Below, piece after piece: positions 25,464 through 38,429 of a stretch of 52,741 nt of DNA. The position numbers were made by a program, and so were the translations under genes. The stretch covers positions 13,378,175 through 13,430,915 of the forward strand of contig NC_068985.1 of assembly GCF_001194135.2 (NCBI RefSeq), in the 5' to 3' direction. This DNA is from Octopus bimaculoides (taxonomy: Eukaryota). The first letter of the stretch is position 1, and each line of letters opens with the position of its first letter. Below the pieces are notes generated by a model, which did not search any database, was not told where the DNA came from, and was given only the letters and a program-made list of their open reading frames with translations.

Positions 25464-26245
25464 AATATATACGTATCTGCTGTCTATTAAATAAATGTCA
25501 ATATACATATCTAAATTGAAAGATCATTGATTATGTTAACCGTAATGACGGTCAAATTCTGTACGAGCTTCCGTCAACTGATTACATTAGTCGTACGTAT
25601 GGTAGAATATACAGTGACAGGATTTCAAACCACAATAACGTTGATATTTCTGTGCCTCAGTCATTTCTTTTATACGAGAAAATCAATGCCAATTCCCATT
25701 TTATGAAGCACTTCCCTTCAGATTTATAGGCAAAGAAAAATGTGTGTTATGCACATTACTGATATAAGACGATAATGTTATCCTTTCATGGCTTATTTTT
25801 CTACGTTTTAATTGATTATGACTTTTAACAGAAGGCCAGCTATGATCGGGCAAACTTAAAAGCAGAGCTATCTCTTGTTTAGCTAGGGCTAGATAGTTCT
25901 TTATATCCTGCCTTTTATAACCAGAATAGTTTAGATTGAGAGAGATTTAGCAACTACTTTTAACAGCTTTAGCGATCCCGTAGAGGACCCGTCATTTGTT
26001 CGTGACTTCTATGTTGCTATTGTTTTTAGTTAAACTAAGTTATATCAGCACCAAATCGATATGTGCATTCATAAATATTCCAACCTTGGTAATCCTATCA
26101 TTATCAGGCTTATGAGACTTCATTATATAATGTGTCCTCTTCACATTAGCAGTATGTTTTGAAAGATATTATCTGCTATTTATTACAGATTCAGTGGCTA
26201 CGAATAGACTACATCAGTAGCATTATGGCACGATGCGTCCTGATC

Positions 26246-26452
26246 ACTCTTTTACTCTTTTACTTGTTTCAGTCATTTGACTGCAGCCATGCTGGAGCAC
26301 CGCCTTTAGTCAAGCAAATCGACCCCAGGACTTATTCTTTGTAAGCCTAGTACTTATTCTAACAGTCTCTTTGCCGAACCGCTAGGTTACGGGACGTAAA
26401 CACACCACACACCAGCATCGGTTGTCAAGAGATGTTTGGCGGACAAACACAG

Positions 26453-26493
<41 letters not shown>

Positions 26494-26494
26494 A

Positions 26495-26535
<41 letters not shown>

Positions 26536-26694
26536 CGATGGGCTTCTTTAAGTTTCCGTCTACCATATCCACTCACAAGGCTTTGGTTGGCCCGAGGCTA
26601 TAGTAGAAGACACTTGCACAAAGTGCCACGCAGTGGGACTGAACCCGGAATCATGTGGTAGGTAAGCAAGTTGCTTACCACACAGCCACTCCTG
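26246..26694 (-). mobile_element. SINE family A, full length
   Basis: Tail (ACTCTTTT)2, internal CA/TA tract, and head CTTACCACACAGCCACTCCTG on the plus strand. Confidence 0.92.
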
Positions 26695-26924
26695 TTGTTA
26701 TTTTGTTTTTTCTTTAATGTTTTTATTCGAGGGAAGAAGTACAACACCCGTCATTCTTTTCACGGCCTTCGAGGCTAGCGCGAGCAAGTTAATTTCCGAC
26801 ATTAGATTTGAGCGAATGCTTTCACTAGAAAGGACCACGTTAGAGACACAAAAATACCAGAGTAGTCGAAAACAGATGTTGCGACGTTCATCGTTTTCCT
26901 CTTTGACCCAAATGCATTAACATA

Positions 26925-27350
26925 GGCGCAGGAGTGGCTGTGTGGTAAGTAGCTTGCTTACCAACCACATGGTTCCGGGTTCATTCCCACTGCGTGGCAT
27001 CTTGGGCAAGTGTCTTCTACTATAGCCTCTGGCCGACCAAAGAGTTGTGAGTGGATTTGGTAGACGGAAACTGAAAGAATCTTGTCGTATATATGAACTT
27101 ATATATATATATGTATGTGTGTCTATATGTTTGTGTGTCTGTGTTTGTCCCCCCAACATCGCTTGACAACCGATGGGGGGGGGTGTTAACGTCCACGTAA
27201 CTTAGCGGTTCGGCAAAAGAGACCGATAGAATAAGTACTAGTCTTACAAAGAATAAGTCCTGGGGTCGACTTGCTCGACTAAAGGCTGTGCTCCAGCATG
27301 GCCGCAGTCAAATGACTGAAACAATTAAAAGAGAGTAAACGAGAAAGAGT
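26925..27350 (+). mobile_element. SINE family A, full length
   Basis: GGCGCAGGAGTGGCTGTGTGG head through GAGAAAGAGT tail; preceded by TAACATA and followed by TAACTA. Confidence 0.92.
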
Positions 27351-28577
27351 AACTAGCAGAAAATGTCTCAGTCAAAACTGACTGATAACATGGCTTCTTG
27401 GTATATATGATTTGGTTCGTTATCTGCGGTAAGAAGAGTAAATATTTGAGAAACAATATTTATAAACCACGCGGCGTCGTTCTTGTTATTTACATAAAAA
27501 TGAGTCCTGATTGACCAAACACAATCAAGCTGTGGTCATTTTGTGTTTTATTCAAATATCGTGTAAATAATCTACATTATCTAATACGTCATTTGTTTTT
27601 GAAGTAATAGAGTATGAAGAAACTTTTAGCTTGTGTTTTTAAGAGGACCAGTAACAATGTAAAGAGTTCTCTAGTTCGTAAAAGAAAAGTTAGTGAATCG
27701 TAATTTCTATTTCCCCTTCAAATTACATTGTGAACTACTGGAGTGCAAAATAGCTTGCAGTAGGTTTTTTTAACGAAAATAGTTAATCGCAGTGTTAACA
27801 AGATGGCCTTTTCAGTAAAGATGGCTCACCTACCTTAACAAACGTGATTCATTCAATTATATTGGAGAAAATAGAGTCTAACTTATCACTAAACATTTTC
27901 ACGTTTTCATTGCCAATATTGCTTGAAGTAAAATTAGATAATTTGTTGCAATATAGGTATAATCAAACGCATCTTCTAGTTGCCTTTCGATAGTCATTCT
28001 GCTTTGAGATCATTTCGATATCATAATGTAAATGCAGAGCCCCCTTATGAGAGGTTTACGACTGTACAAATATGGTGCTGCGGGCTAACTTTCGTTAAAT
28101 TGGTTAGAATATGAAAGAATAAAAATTATATGTTTTTGCGATGGTTTTATGAAACATTATATTTTCTGGTTAATTTCTCACTAAGATAATGAACTTAGAT
28201 CTGATATACCATTTTTTTCATATTATTTGTTTCTTTCTTTTTTTTAAGTCTTTCTCTTTTTGTCATTCCAAGGATCATACTTTCCAAAATTGTGTCGCAG
28301 AACCTATAAAACTTTTCAAGTGTAGGATTCAACGATCTAATCCAAATGTAACAGCTTCGTTTTTAAAGCAAGCTTTCAAAGAGATAATGAGAGCGTGAGT
28401 CTCTATAAACAAAGTCATTCCAACGGTGACCACCCCGTCTTTTTATCATACAGAGTGTAACAAAAACATATTTTTAAGCGCGGATATAGTAATGTGTAAT
28501 TTGAGGGAAAATTGCCTGCTATTTCTAATATTATACAAGCTTACACACACTGAATGTCTATATGAATATACGCTCTA

Positions 28578-28810
<233 letters not shown>

Positions 28811-29219
28811 GATTGTACATGTTGCAGCATCTAAACCTTTCTTTATATATTTTCAAACATACTTAATAGAGTTAACAGAGTTGCAGAACTCAACATTGAC
28901 TCTGTCTGCCTGTAGTCGTCTTTGCTTCACTGTAGAATACTGATCTGATCATCTACATCTACCCTCGTCTCCTCTTGTAGAGAGTGAGAACATTGTTGTC
29001 GGGAAGTTTTTCGAAAATTAAAATGGGGATTAAATGGAAAAATGAGTTACTCGAATATCTTGACAAGAGTGATTGAAATAAATGGCGATTGTGAAACGCC
29101 ATACGCACGCTCGCCACACACAGACACACACATACAGTATCAAACATCAGATGAAATGGACGTGTATGTGTGAGAGAGAGTGACACTTAGACATCACTCT
29201 CTCTTTCTCTCTCTCTCTA

Positions 29220-29261
<42 letters not shown>

Positions 29262-29357
29262 ACACACACACACGTACGTACAAAAGAGATGCATGCATAT
29301 CTATGTACGTACGTATACATGAAAACACACCCCTTGACTGACTCTCTGTCTCTCTCG

Positions 29358-29397
<40 letters not shown>

Positions 29398-29868
29398 AAC
29401 TCATACATACATAAATGTATACAAACGTACATACAAAAACACACGTGTGCTTGTGTGATTGACTTGTGTGTGAGAGAGAGGTGCAGAGAGAACATTGCAA
29501 ACAAAGAATGAGATAAACACGAAATGAAAAATCGTATACATAAAAGCACGTTAAACACTATCTTCTATCGAATATTTAAAGTAAGTAAATATTTCTTTCA
29601 GTAGCTTTTAAATATTTCTTTTCCAAGTGGTTTGCAAATAGCGAATTAAAACTTGAAATGAAAACATTAAAATAAAGAGTGAGATACTTTCCAAAATGAA
29701 AACGGAAGTCTTCGTAGTTACTACGTCAGTATCGGAAGCTGACATCGAAAAACATTTTTAAAGAAGTGAATCATATATGTAAAGTAATATATATTTTTAA
29801 TAAAAAAAAAATAAACTGATGACCCTATTATGTACCCGAGGTCAAATTATTCATGGACCCAGGTCTAT

Positions 29869-29926
<58 letters not shown>

Positions 29927-29930
29927 CATA

Positions 29931-30300
29931 TAGTAATCTCTCGACTATCGCGGATGTTACGTTCCAAAACACCCCGCGACAGGTGAAAATCCACGAAGTA
30001 GAAACAGTATTGTACTGTACATATATTTTTTTTTATTTTTCTCATTTGTATATATTTATTTTATTATGAATACAAAACAACACCACAGACTCGTATCCCG
30101 ATTTTCATTTTCCATACAATATATGCTTTTCTTTGTTTACTCATCTACAGTACACTACGTATTTTCTTTTAATATATTTTAATTAATGTGTTACACAGTG
30201 CAGCACTGTACTGTATTTTTATTTATTAATTTATTAATTTTTAGGCGCGAAAATGCTTAGCTTACCATAGAAATAATTAAAATCTAAAAAATGTAAATAC
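29931..30300. mobile_element. Tigger/pogo-like DNA transposon end (one terminus only)
   Basis: TA|TAGTAATCTCTCGACTATCGCGGATGTTACGTTCC resembles CAGTAATCCCTCG..ATCGCGG-type pogo TIRs, from memory. No matching right TIR seen. Confidence 0.5.
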
Positions 30301-30818
30301 CTATCAGCTGCAGATACATACGTACATACATACATACGTACATACATACATGCGTACATACATNNNNNNNNNNNNNNNNNNNNNNNNNNNNNNNNNNNNN
30401 NNNNNNNNNNNNNNNNNNNNNNNTAGTCAAAACATACATACATACATACATACATACATACATACAAACGGGTCAGAAGTGAAGAGCTCTACATGTCCTC
30501 ACTACTTGCCGATGATCCTCCACAGAAACCAAATATTTCAGGGTTAAGATACGTAAACAGACACCTGCAAATGAAACTCTCTACCCGCTACAAATAGATT
30601 AACGGAAAATATTGCTTCTCTCGAAGTGGTGAGCGTTACATTTCGTTATATTTTGAAGATTGCGCTGGAGCTATCCAAGAGCCCTAGATAGTTAAGGTAA
30701 TGCTTAATGAATAAGAGAGACAATGACGCCCGCAAACCCAAAAATGCAAGAGAAAATCAAGATAAAATCGTCTTGTGTAGAAGCCATTTACCCTTAGCAT
30801 TTGGAACGCCCATATATA

Positions 30819-30991
30819 CGATGGGGTGCTGAAAATTTCTGGGCTTTGAATAAAAGAAAATACAGCACGTTAACTATGGTTTCATTCAATGTATTCCCTA
30901 CTCAGATTCACACACTTATTGCAAAGGCCCTTCCCTCAAACCAGGTTTTTCACGATACCCTTAGAGCCAGGAACTTTTCAGCACCCCCTCG
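30819..30991. mobile_element. mariner-type MITE (173 bp)
   Basis: Left TIR CGATGGGGTGCTGAAAATTTCTGGGCT; right TIR reverse complement CGAGGGGGTGCTGAAAAGTTCCTGGCT. TA at 30817-30818 (right TA decayed to TT). Confidence 0.8.
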
Positions 30992-32469
30992 TTTTCCACC
31001 TACTTTGTCTACAAACCAGCCAGATCCGGTCTCTCATACAAATAAGTTGAGGACACATATCTGTCAAATGTAAATAATGTAAATAATATACATAATTCCT
31101 CATCTCTCAAATATAGAACTGTCTTAACAAGCACACTATCGAAATCTACAAGATAATGCATGCATGATTAATTCAAAACAATCTAAATAAATAGCCATTT
31201 GATAGAGTAATCTCATTGCTAACGGGTTGAACAGGGTAACGGAGGCTGCTAGAAAAGGTCACTGAGACGTGATGCTATTGCTTAAAGAATATATAATACA
31301 TTTGTAGAAAAGCGTTTCGTGTGATAAATACAGACAATGTTTCAATTATTGAATGCATAAATACATATCAACAGCAGAAATACAGTGGAAAAAAATTACC
31401 ATGAAAATTCAATAAAGTCCAAACATAATAGAACTAATATAGTTATGTGGGCCAAACACATAAGTGTCATGTGCAATTATAGATTCTATGATTCAACATG
31501 ATTGCAAAGAAGAAAATATATCTAATGAAATGCTTCGAAACCGGTAACTTCTCTACTCAAATTATAAATTAATATTTAGACCCCACCAGCATCTGCAAAA
31601 AGTTATATATATATATATATNNNNNNNNNNNNNNNNNNNNNNNNNNNNNNNNNNNNNNNNNNNNNNNNNNNNNNNNNNNNNNNNNNNNNNNNNNNNNNNN
31701 NNNNNNNNNNNNNNNNNNNNNNNNNNNNNNNNNNNNNNNNNNNNNNNNNNNNNNNNNNNNNNNNNNNNNNNNNNNNNNNNNNNNNNNNNNNNNNNNNNNN
31801 NNNNNNNNNNNNNNNNNNNNNNNNNNNNNNNNNNNNNNNNNNNNNNNNNNNNNNNNNNNNNNNNNNNNNNNNNNNNNNNNNNNNNNNNNNNNNNNNNNNN
31901 NNNNNNNNNNNNNNNNNNNNNNNNNNNNNNNNNNNNNNNNNNNNNNNNNNNNNNNNNNNNNNNNNNNNNNNNNNNNNNNNNNNNNNNNNNNNNNNNNNNN
32001 NNNNNNNNNNNNNNNNNNNNNNNNNNNNNNNNNNNNNNNNNNNNNNNNNNNNNNNNNNNNNNNNNNNNNNNNNNNNNNNNNNNNNNNNNNNNNNNNNNNN
32101 NNNNNNNNNNNNNNNNNNNNNNNNNNNNNNNNNNNNNNNNNNNNNNNNNNNNNNNNNNNNNNNNNNNNNNNNNNNNNNNNNNNNNNNNNNNNNNNNNNNN
32201 NNNNNNNNNNNNNNNNNNNNNNNNNNNNNNNNNNNNNNNNNATTGTTTATAGATCGATATTTAGATAGATACATTTCTTTTATTAGCCACACAGGGCTCA
32301 ACAAAGATGTGACAAATACAATGTAGAGCTTTTCTTTTTGGGAGGGGGAAGGAAAAAAATAGGGGTGTGTCGATCAAAAGGGATCGTAGGAAGGGAAAAA
32401 GGAGGGAGTTCGATCAAAAGGGATCGAAAAAGTAAAAAAAACGATCAATAGGGATCGTGTATCACAGTC

Positions 32470-32535
<66 letters not shown>

Positions 32536-34021
32536 CTATACATACATATGATGTATGTTTGTATGTATATTGCAGATCCATTGCAGAAATTTTCTACATC
32601 GTATTCAATTACTGTCATGCTATGTTTATTCGTGTTAATTTTTCACTAATATATTTATATTACATATTTGGTTGTTTTTCCTTCATATTTGTTGCCGCTG
32701 ATTTTGTAGCGTTTATACTTATTTTTATCATTGTTGTTATTGATGATAGCTCTTTGTGCTTCTTGTCTTTCTTTCCTTTTTTTCTTCCATTTTGTTCTCT
32801 AGTCATTTTAATGTCTTTAACAGCGCCGTTCCAACGGAAATATATTTTTAAATGTTTACAGATAAAACATGCTTGGCTAAGCTTTTTCGCTTTAAAATTA
32901 ATTTTACTCCCCTTTTAATGGCCAATTATTTCAGAGATAAGAGGAGAACTATCGAATTACGTTCTACTTATATGTCTGGAAGTTATTTGAGTAAATTAAA
33001 TTACAAAACGTGTGTCTTCTGGGAGATTTTCTCTAAAATCAGGGAGCGAAAATGTATAAAAATCGAACACATATAGACAACAATTGTAGACAGAGCCAAC
33101 ATTTTGTCGATTCAGTCAAAAGTATTACATATTTAAATTCAATTTTTTTCATTATTATTCATTGCTGTAAATAGCTGTCGATGGCAAAATCGGTGTTCAG
33201 GCGAACAAACTGTCTTGTAATATTTATTTACAGAATTATACATAGTGAATTCAAATCCCGTCGAGATTGACTTGGCTTTTGCCCTTTCGGGGTCGTTGAA
33301 ATGATGTAATTATGTATTTGTCAAATACTGCGACCAATGCAATCTACTTTTTGCTTATTCGAAGTATGAGAAACTACGTACGTATTAGAAATTATTATTC
33401 ATTGAGAGAAAATGAAGCGGGTAGTATAATCAGATCAGCGACTGATTAAGTGCTTTGTTTGGTCAGACATCACAACTTGACGTTCTGAATTAGCATCCTA
33501 CCGATGTCGAAAAATAAATTCTATTTAAATACTGCAGTCTATTTCAACAACTTTTCCCTTTTCCAATAGCTTATTACCTCATGTCTATATCAAGGATCCT
33601 TATTAATCCCTACGATATTATTTTCCCCTTGACCCTTAACTTCATAGGGAATCAATCGCAGAGGATTTGTCGTATCAGAGAGTTTGTGTGTGTTGAGCAT
33701 TTCTTTTCATGATTGTGTAGCATGTAAAAACTAATTTTTCGTATACCCTATTGGTAGGATATGATACTCCTAAAAGAATCAAATCTGTGAATATGTGTCT
33801 GCAGCTCTGCATTAAATAGATGTACATGCACCCAATCAATGTGCATCAAAGTATCTTTTGATTCAACGCACCCTCAGTTCATGAGTCCAACCCCGAAATC
33901 AATCGGTCTGTGTAAAGAAAGCATGTGTAACAATCTCAAACCACTACTGTAGGCGAGTTGATGCATCAGATTGCATTTAGAAATGTTATATCGGTTATCC
34001 GCTGAGGCCTTCCATCCCTAC

Positions 34022-34083
34022 CTCCAGTTTCATGCGTTCTTGCAAGTATCCATTGCGTATGCGAAGCAGGTATGATTCCAAAA
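34022..34083 (-). CDS. Candidate 62-nt exon of an unidentified gene (weak)
   Basis: TTAAC...TCGCTCTTTGCTACCAG| acceptor and GAG|GTAGGG donor. Two open frames: LESYLLRIRNGYLQERMKLE or FGIIPASHTQWILARTHETG. No homology recognised. Confidence 0.3.
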
Positions 34084-34380
34084 CTGGTAGCAAAGAGCGA
34101 TATAGACAACATACATGTTAAATGGAAGATATGTTATCTAATATGGAGTTCATTCACCTTTGTCATCAGAAACAGCTTTAATACGTTGAGAATTTACTAA
34201 TACCGGGTTTGAAAGATTGTTAAGGGAATCTTGGTTCGTTCTTGACGTAAATCAATTCAGAATTTCAAAATGCACCCTAAATGTTCGATTGTAAGATCCG
34301 CATATTTCGAGGGACATTTTGTGATTTTCGTTACAGTTTTTAATAGCCATGACAACCAGATATATATATATATATATATA

Positions 34381-34545
34381 TGGGAGGATATACAAAAAAT
34401 AACAACAGACGAGGACAGGTGGTGTAAATAACAAAAGTATATATTAGTATGACGCTCGGGAATACGGAAAGTCTTTGACGTTTCGAGCTACGCTCTTCAA
34501 CAGAAAGAATACGGAGACAAGGAGAAAAACACGGAGAAAAAAAAT
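34381..34545 (-). mobile_element. (TA)n-anchored short element with minimal hammerhead-like ribozyme (copy 2, best fold)
   Basis: Minus strand 34508-34472: UCUUU-CUGUUGA-A-GAG-CGUAG-CUC-GAAAC-GUC-AAAGA. Stem I is 5 bp, stem II 3 bp, with palindromic ACGU stem III and a GUC triplet. Confidence 0.7.
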
Positions 34546-35326
34546 TGATTATATATGTATATATATATGTATATATATATNNNNNNNNNNNNNNNNNNNN
34601 NNNNNNNNNNNNNNNNNNNNNNNNNNNNNNNNNNNNNNNNNNNNNNNNNNNNNNNNNNNNNNNNNNNNNNNNNNNNNNNNNNNNNNNNNNNNNNNNNNNN
34701 NNNNNNNNNNNNNNNNNNNNNNNNNNNNNNNNNNNNNNNNNNNNNNNNNNNNNNNNNNNNNNNNNNNNNNNNNNNNNNNNNNNNNNNNNNNNNNNNNNNN
34801 NNNNNNNNNNNNNNNNNNNNNNNNNNNNNNNNNNNNNNNNNNNNNNNNNNNNNNNNNNNNNNNNNNNNNNNNNNNNNNNNNNNNNNNNNNNNNNNNNNNN
34901 NNNNNNNNNNNNNNNNNNNNNNNNNNNNNNNNNNNNNNNNNNNNNNNNNNNNNNNNNNNNNNNNNNNNNNNNNNNNNNNNNNNNNNNNNNNNNNNNNNNN
35001 NNNNNNNNNNNNNNNNNNNNNNNNNNNNNNNNNNNNNNNNNNNNNNNNNNNNNNNNNNNNNNNNNNNNNNNNNNNNNNNNNNNNNNNNNNNNNNNNNNNN
35101 NNNNNNNNNNNNNNNNNNNNNNNNNNNNNNNNNNNNNNNNNNNNNNNNNNNNNNNNNNNNNNNNNNNNNNNNNNNNNNNNNNNNNNNNNNNNNNNNNNNN
35201 NNNNNNNNNNNNNNNNNNNNNNNNNNNNNNNNNNNNNNNNNNNNNNNNNNNNNNNNNNNNNNNNNNNNNNNNNNNNNNNNNNNNNNNNNNNNNNNNNNNN
35301 NNNNNNNNNNNNNNNNNNNNNNNNNN

Positions 35327-35390
<64 letters not shown>

Positions 35391-35547
35391 TGTGTGTGTG
35401 TAATATTCATGTTCACACATGTACATACATACATATGTATATACATTTTCATATATACATACGAGAGTGAAAGAGTTGTGACTCTACTCCCTAGAACGAA
35501 GGCAGGAAAGCTGTGCAGTAATATACATCTGGATAATCCTAGAGAAA

Positions 35548-35935
35548 CTTGTACCAAACTTTGGCATCGTCATTTACACAAAGAGCAAGGCCGGGTGCCA
35601 CTTCATAGCACCAAAAATCCCAACATTGCCATCAGGATATATGGGACCAGATACTGCAGCAGCTTGGGCTTCAAGGACCCGCAGCTCTTCAATACCCTGC
35701 CACAAAACCTGAGAGACCTGCATCGCGTGGATGTAGGCGTTTTCAAAACAAAACTGAATTTCCTTCTGTCAAGAGTTCTGGACGAACATACCAAAAGGCA
35801 GGAAAACACAGTTAAGGGCAGCTATGTCGAGCTCCCTTATCCACCAAATGTCACATATCAGAGAAGGTTTCGTGAAAGTGTAGCAAAGCAGACAGCGGAT
35901 CCCCAGCATGGCGCAGTCCTCGGACTGAAACTAAA
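35548..35935 (+). mobile_element. CR1/L2-group LINE 3' fragment
   Basis: YCSSLGFKDPQLFNTLPQNLRDLHRVDVGVFKTKLNFLLSRVLDE matches the LFN.LP..LR....FK..LD..L..VPD C-terminal pattern. Confidence 0.8.
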
Positions 35936-36576
35936 ATGGAAAACGTGTGTCTGTATATATTGATGTGTATATGCGTATATACGTGTATGCAAATATATAA
36001 ACTTATAGATGTATGTATATATGTATTAGTGCATATATGTATGTATTAATATGCATATCAAGAGAGAGAGGTTAAGGGAGAAATGGACAGAAAAGTGTTA
36101 AATATGCTAAAATGTTAATTACGTTCTTCTGAAAGCACAGACGATCTCCTATTATAAATTATCATTAGCTTACAAATAAAAGACACGTCCTGAACTTGAA
36201 ATGTTTTACACTTTAGTTGTAATGTTTTCATCACAAAAGTAAATGTATCGCTTAACGTCTATTCAAGCTCACACCACTGCCAGGAAGAAATTACTTAGAC
36301 GTCATGTATTTATAATAATATCCATCAAATGTAACAGCAACCAACCTAACACAACAATTAAGACCTTGTAGGGGAGATTGTTGATATGGTGATAGAGATC
36401 TATGTGTGATGGTTTTTGTAATGTGCGTCTAGAATAAAAGATGTGGTGGTAGGTGTGAGAGTTTATATGCGTGGTGTGTGTGTGTGTCTACTATGTTATG
36501 CATATATGTATTTATGTATTTATTGTATATATAAAAACACTAGACACACACATATATGTATTATATGCGAGTGTGT

Positions 36577-36624
<48 letters not shown>

Positions 36625-36718
36625 GCAACGAAAATTTTAGAAAAAATAAATAAGTGAATGCGTGGAAATCAAACCGGTGAGTATGTTAAATAATAAGGCA
36701 CTAAAAGAAAATGACTCT

Positions 36719-36768
<50 letters not shown>

Positions 36769-36977
36769 GTATATATATATATATGTATATATATATATAA
36801 AATTTGAAAATCCTACAAGACTAGGTGAAAAGCGCTTTATATGATTTATAAAACATGTGAAATATTAATAAAAATCTGTAAATGTACATCCATCCAGATT
36901 TCTCAGTACCTTAAATTTTTTTCTAATATATAATTCCTGTACATCACCTCCATCCAAACCTTCCAATATATATATAT

Positions 36978-37136
36978 AAAATCAAAATAAGCAACACGGT
37001 TTTTAAAAATGATTGCAGTACGCACGTTTCATGCTACTCCATTTATTTAAGTAATGCAAGCATTACTTAAATAAATGGAGTATGAAACGTGCGTACTGCA
37101 ATCATCTTTAAAATCCGTGTTGCTTATTTTGATTTT
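36978..37136. repeat. Near-perfect 159-bp palindrome (80/77-nt arms, 2-nt loop)
   Basis: The left arm 36978-37057 equals the reverse complement of 37060-37136 except for 2 substitutions and one 3-nt indel. Centre ...GTAATGC-AA-GCATTAC... Confidence 0.95.
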
Positions 37137-37519
37137 TTAATCACCTTGCTTTTAGAATAGTTTTTGGATAATACCATACTATATTCTGGTGCCTAAACAT
37201 AAGTACCATATTCAATTTTGAATTTAAATCTAAAAGAAAAGAGAAATAAAGGGAAAAGGAAAAGAAAAATGTGGAAAAAAAGGAAAAAAGAAGAGCAAGA
37301 AGAAGGAAGGAGGAAGGTAAAGAGTAAGAGGAAGTAGACAAAATGTAGTTGAAATGGTAGGGAGAGGAAATTAATCTATCAGGAATAAAGAATTCAGAGA
37401 TGGAATACTTTAGGAATGGTCAAAAATGTTGAGTTATTGTGAAAAGATGACCTTTGTGAATTCTTCGGTCGGAGGTCAGTTTATTTCTCCTTCACAGCTC
37501 GCACGGTGTGCCCCCACCT

Positions 37520-38105
37520 ACGCACATATATACACACACACACACATACATCCACACACACATACATACGCATGCGTCCACACATCCACACACGCGTGTA
37601 TACATATATCCACACACATACACATACACACGCACACGCATACATATATACACATATATATATACATCTACATACATACACACTCACATATACACACATG
37701 TATACATATATATATACACCCACATGCATACGCATACACATCTATACGCACACATATATATGCATATATACAAATGTTTCTATGTACATATACATATACA
37801 TATACATACATATACATGCACATACACACATATATGCACACATACACATACATACATTCACACATATACACACATATGTAGATACATAAACATAAATATC
37901 CATATGCGCACATGCACATATACACACACATATATACATATATATATATATATACACGTTTGTCTGTACATGCATATATGTTCACACATACACGAGTAAG
38001 AGGGTGTATATCCATACATACCTATATCCCTATATTTTTACGTAAATATACTTACTTACATACCTACACACCCATATATATATATATATATATATATACG
38101 CACAC
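37520..38105. repeat. Degenerate CA/TA low-complexity tract
   Basis: Direct reading; source of the His/Thr/Ile/Tyr ORF artefacts. Confidence 0.9.
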
Positions 38106-38429
38106 ACCTCTAGATATTTCCTGACATATATGCACATGCGTACATAATATAGTGCAAACAGGAGTGTATACTCATATCAGGTGGATGTGTCATCAAAAGA
38201 CAGGATTAGATCTCTTACCCTCGAGGGTTCCGGTTGAATTTAAGTTCACAGCAAGAGAAGTGCAAGAGAAGGCAGTTGTGTCAGATTCTCTCATGCATCG
38301 AATGTCAAGTTATAAAAAGAGTACCGAAGTAAAAAAATGTATGTCGCAAAATCAAATGGTAGTGCCCCAGCATGGTCACAGTTCGTGAGATGAAACTAGT
38401 TCAATTCAATTCATATGTGATTTTCCTTC

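Noticed and set aside
27830-28061. Minus-strand acceptor/donor pair around a coding-looking stretch
   Set aside because: Stops occur in all three frames between the sites.
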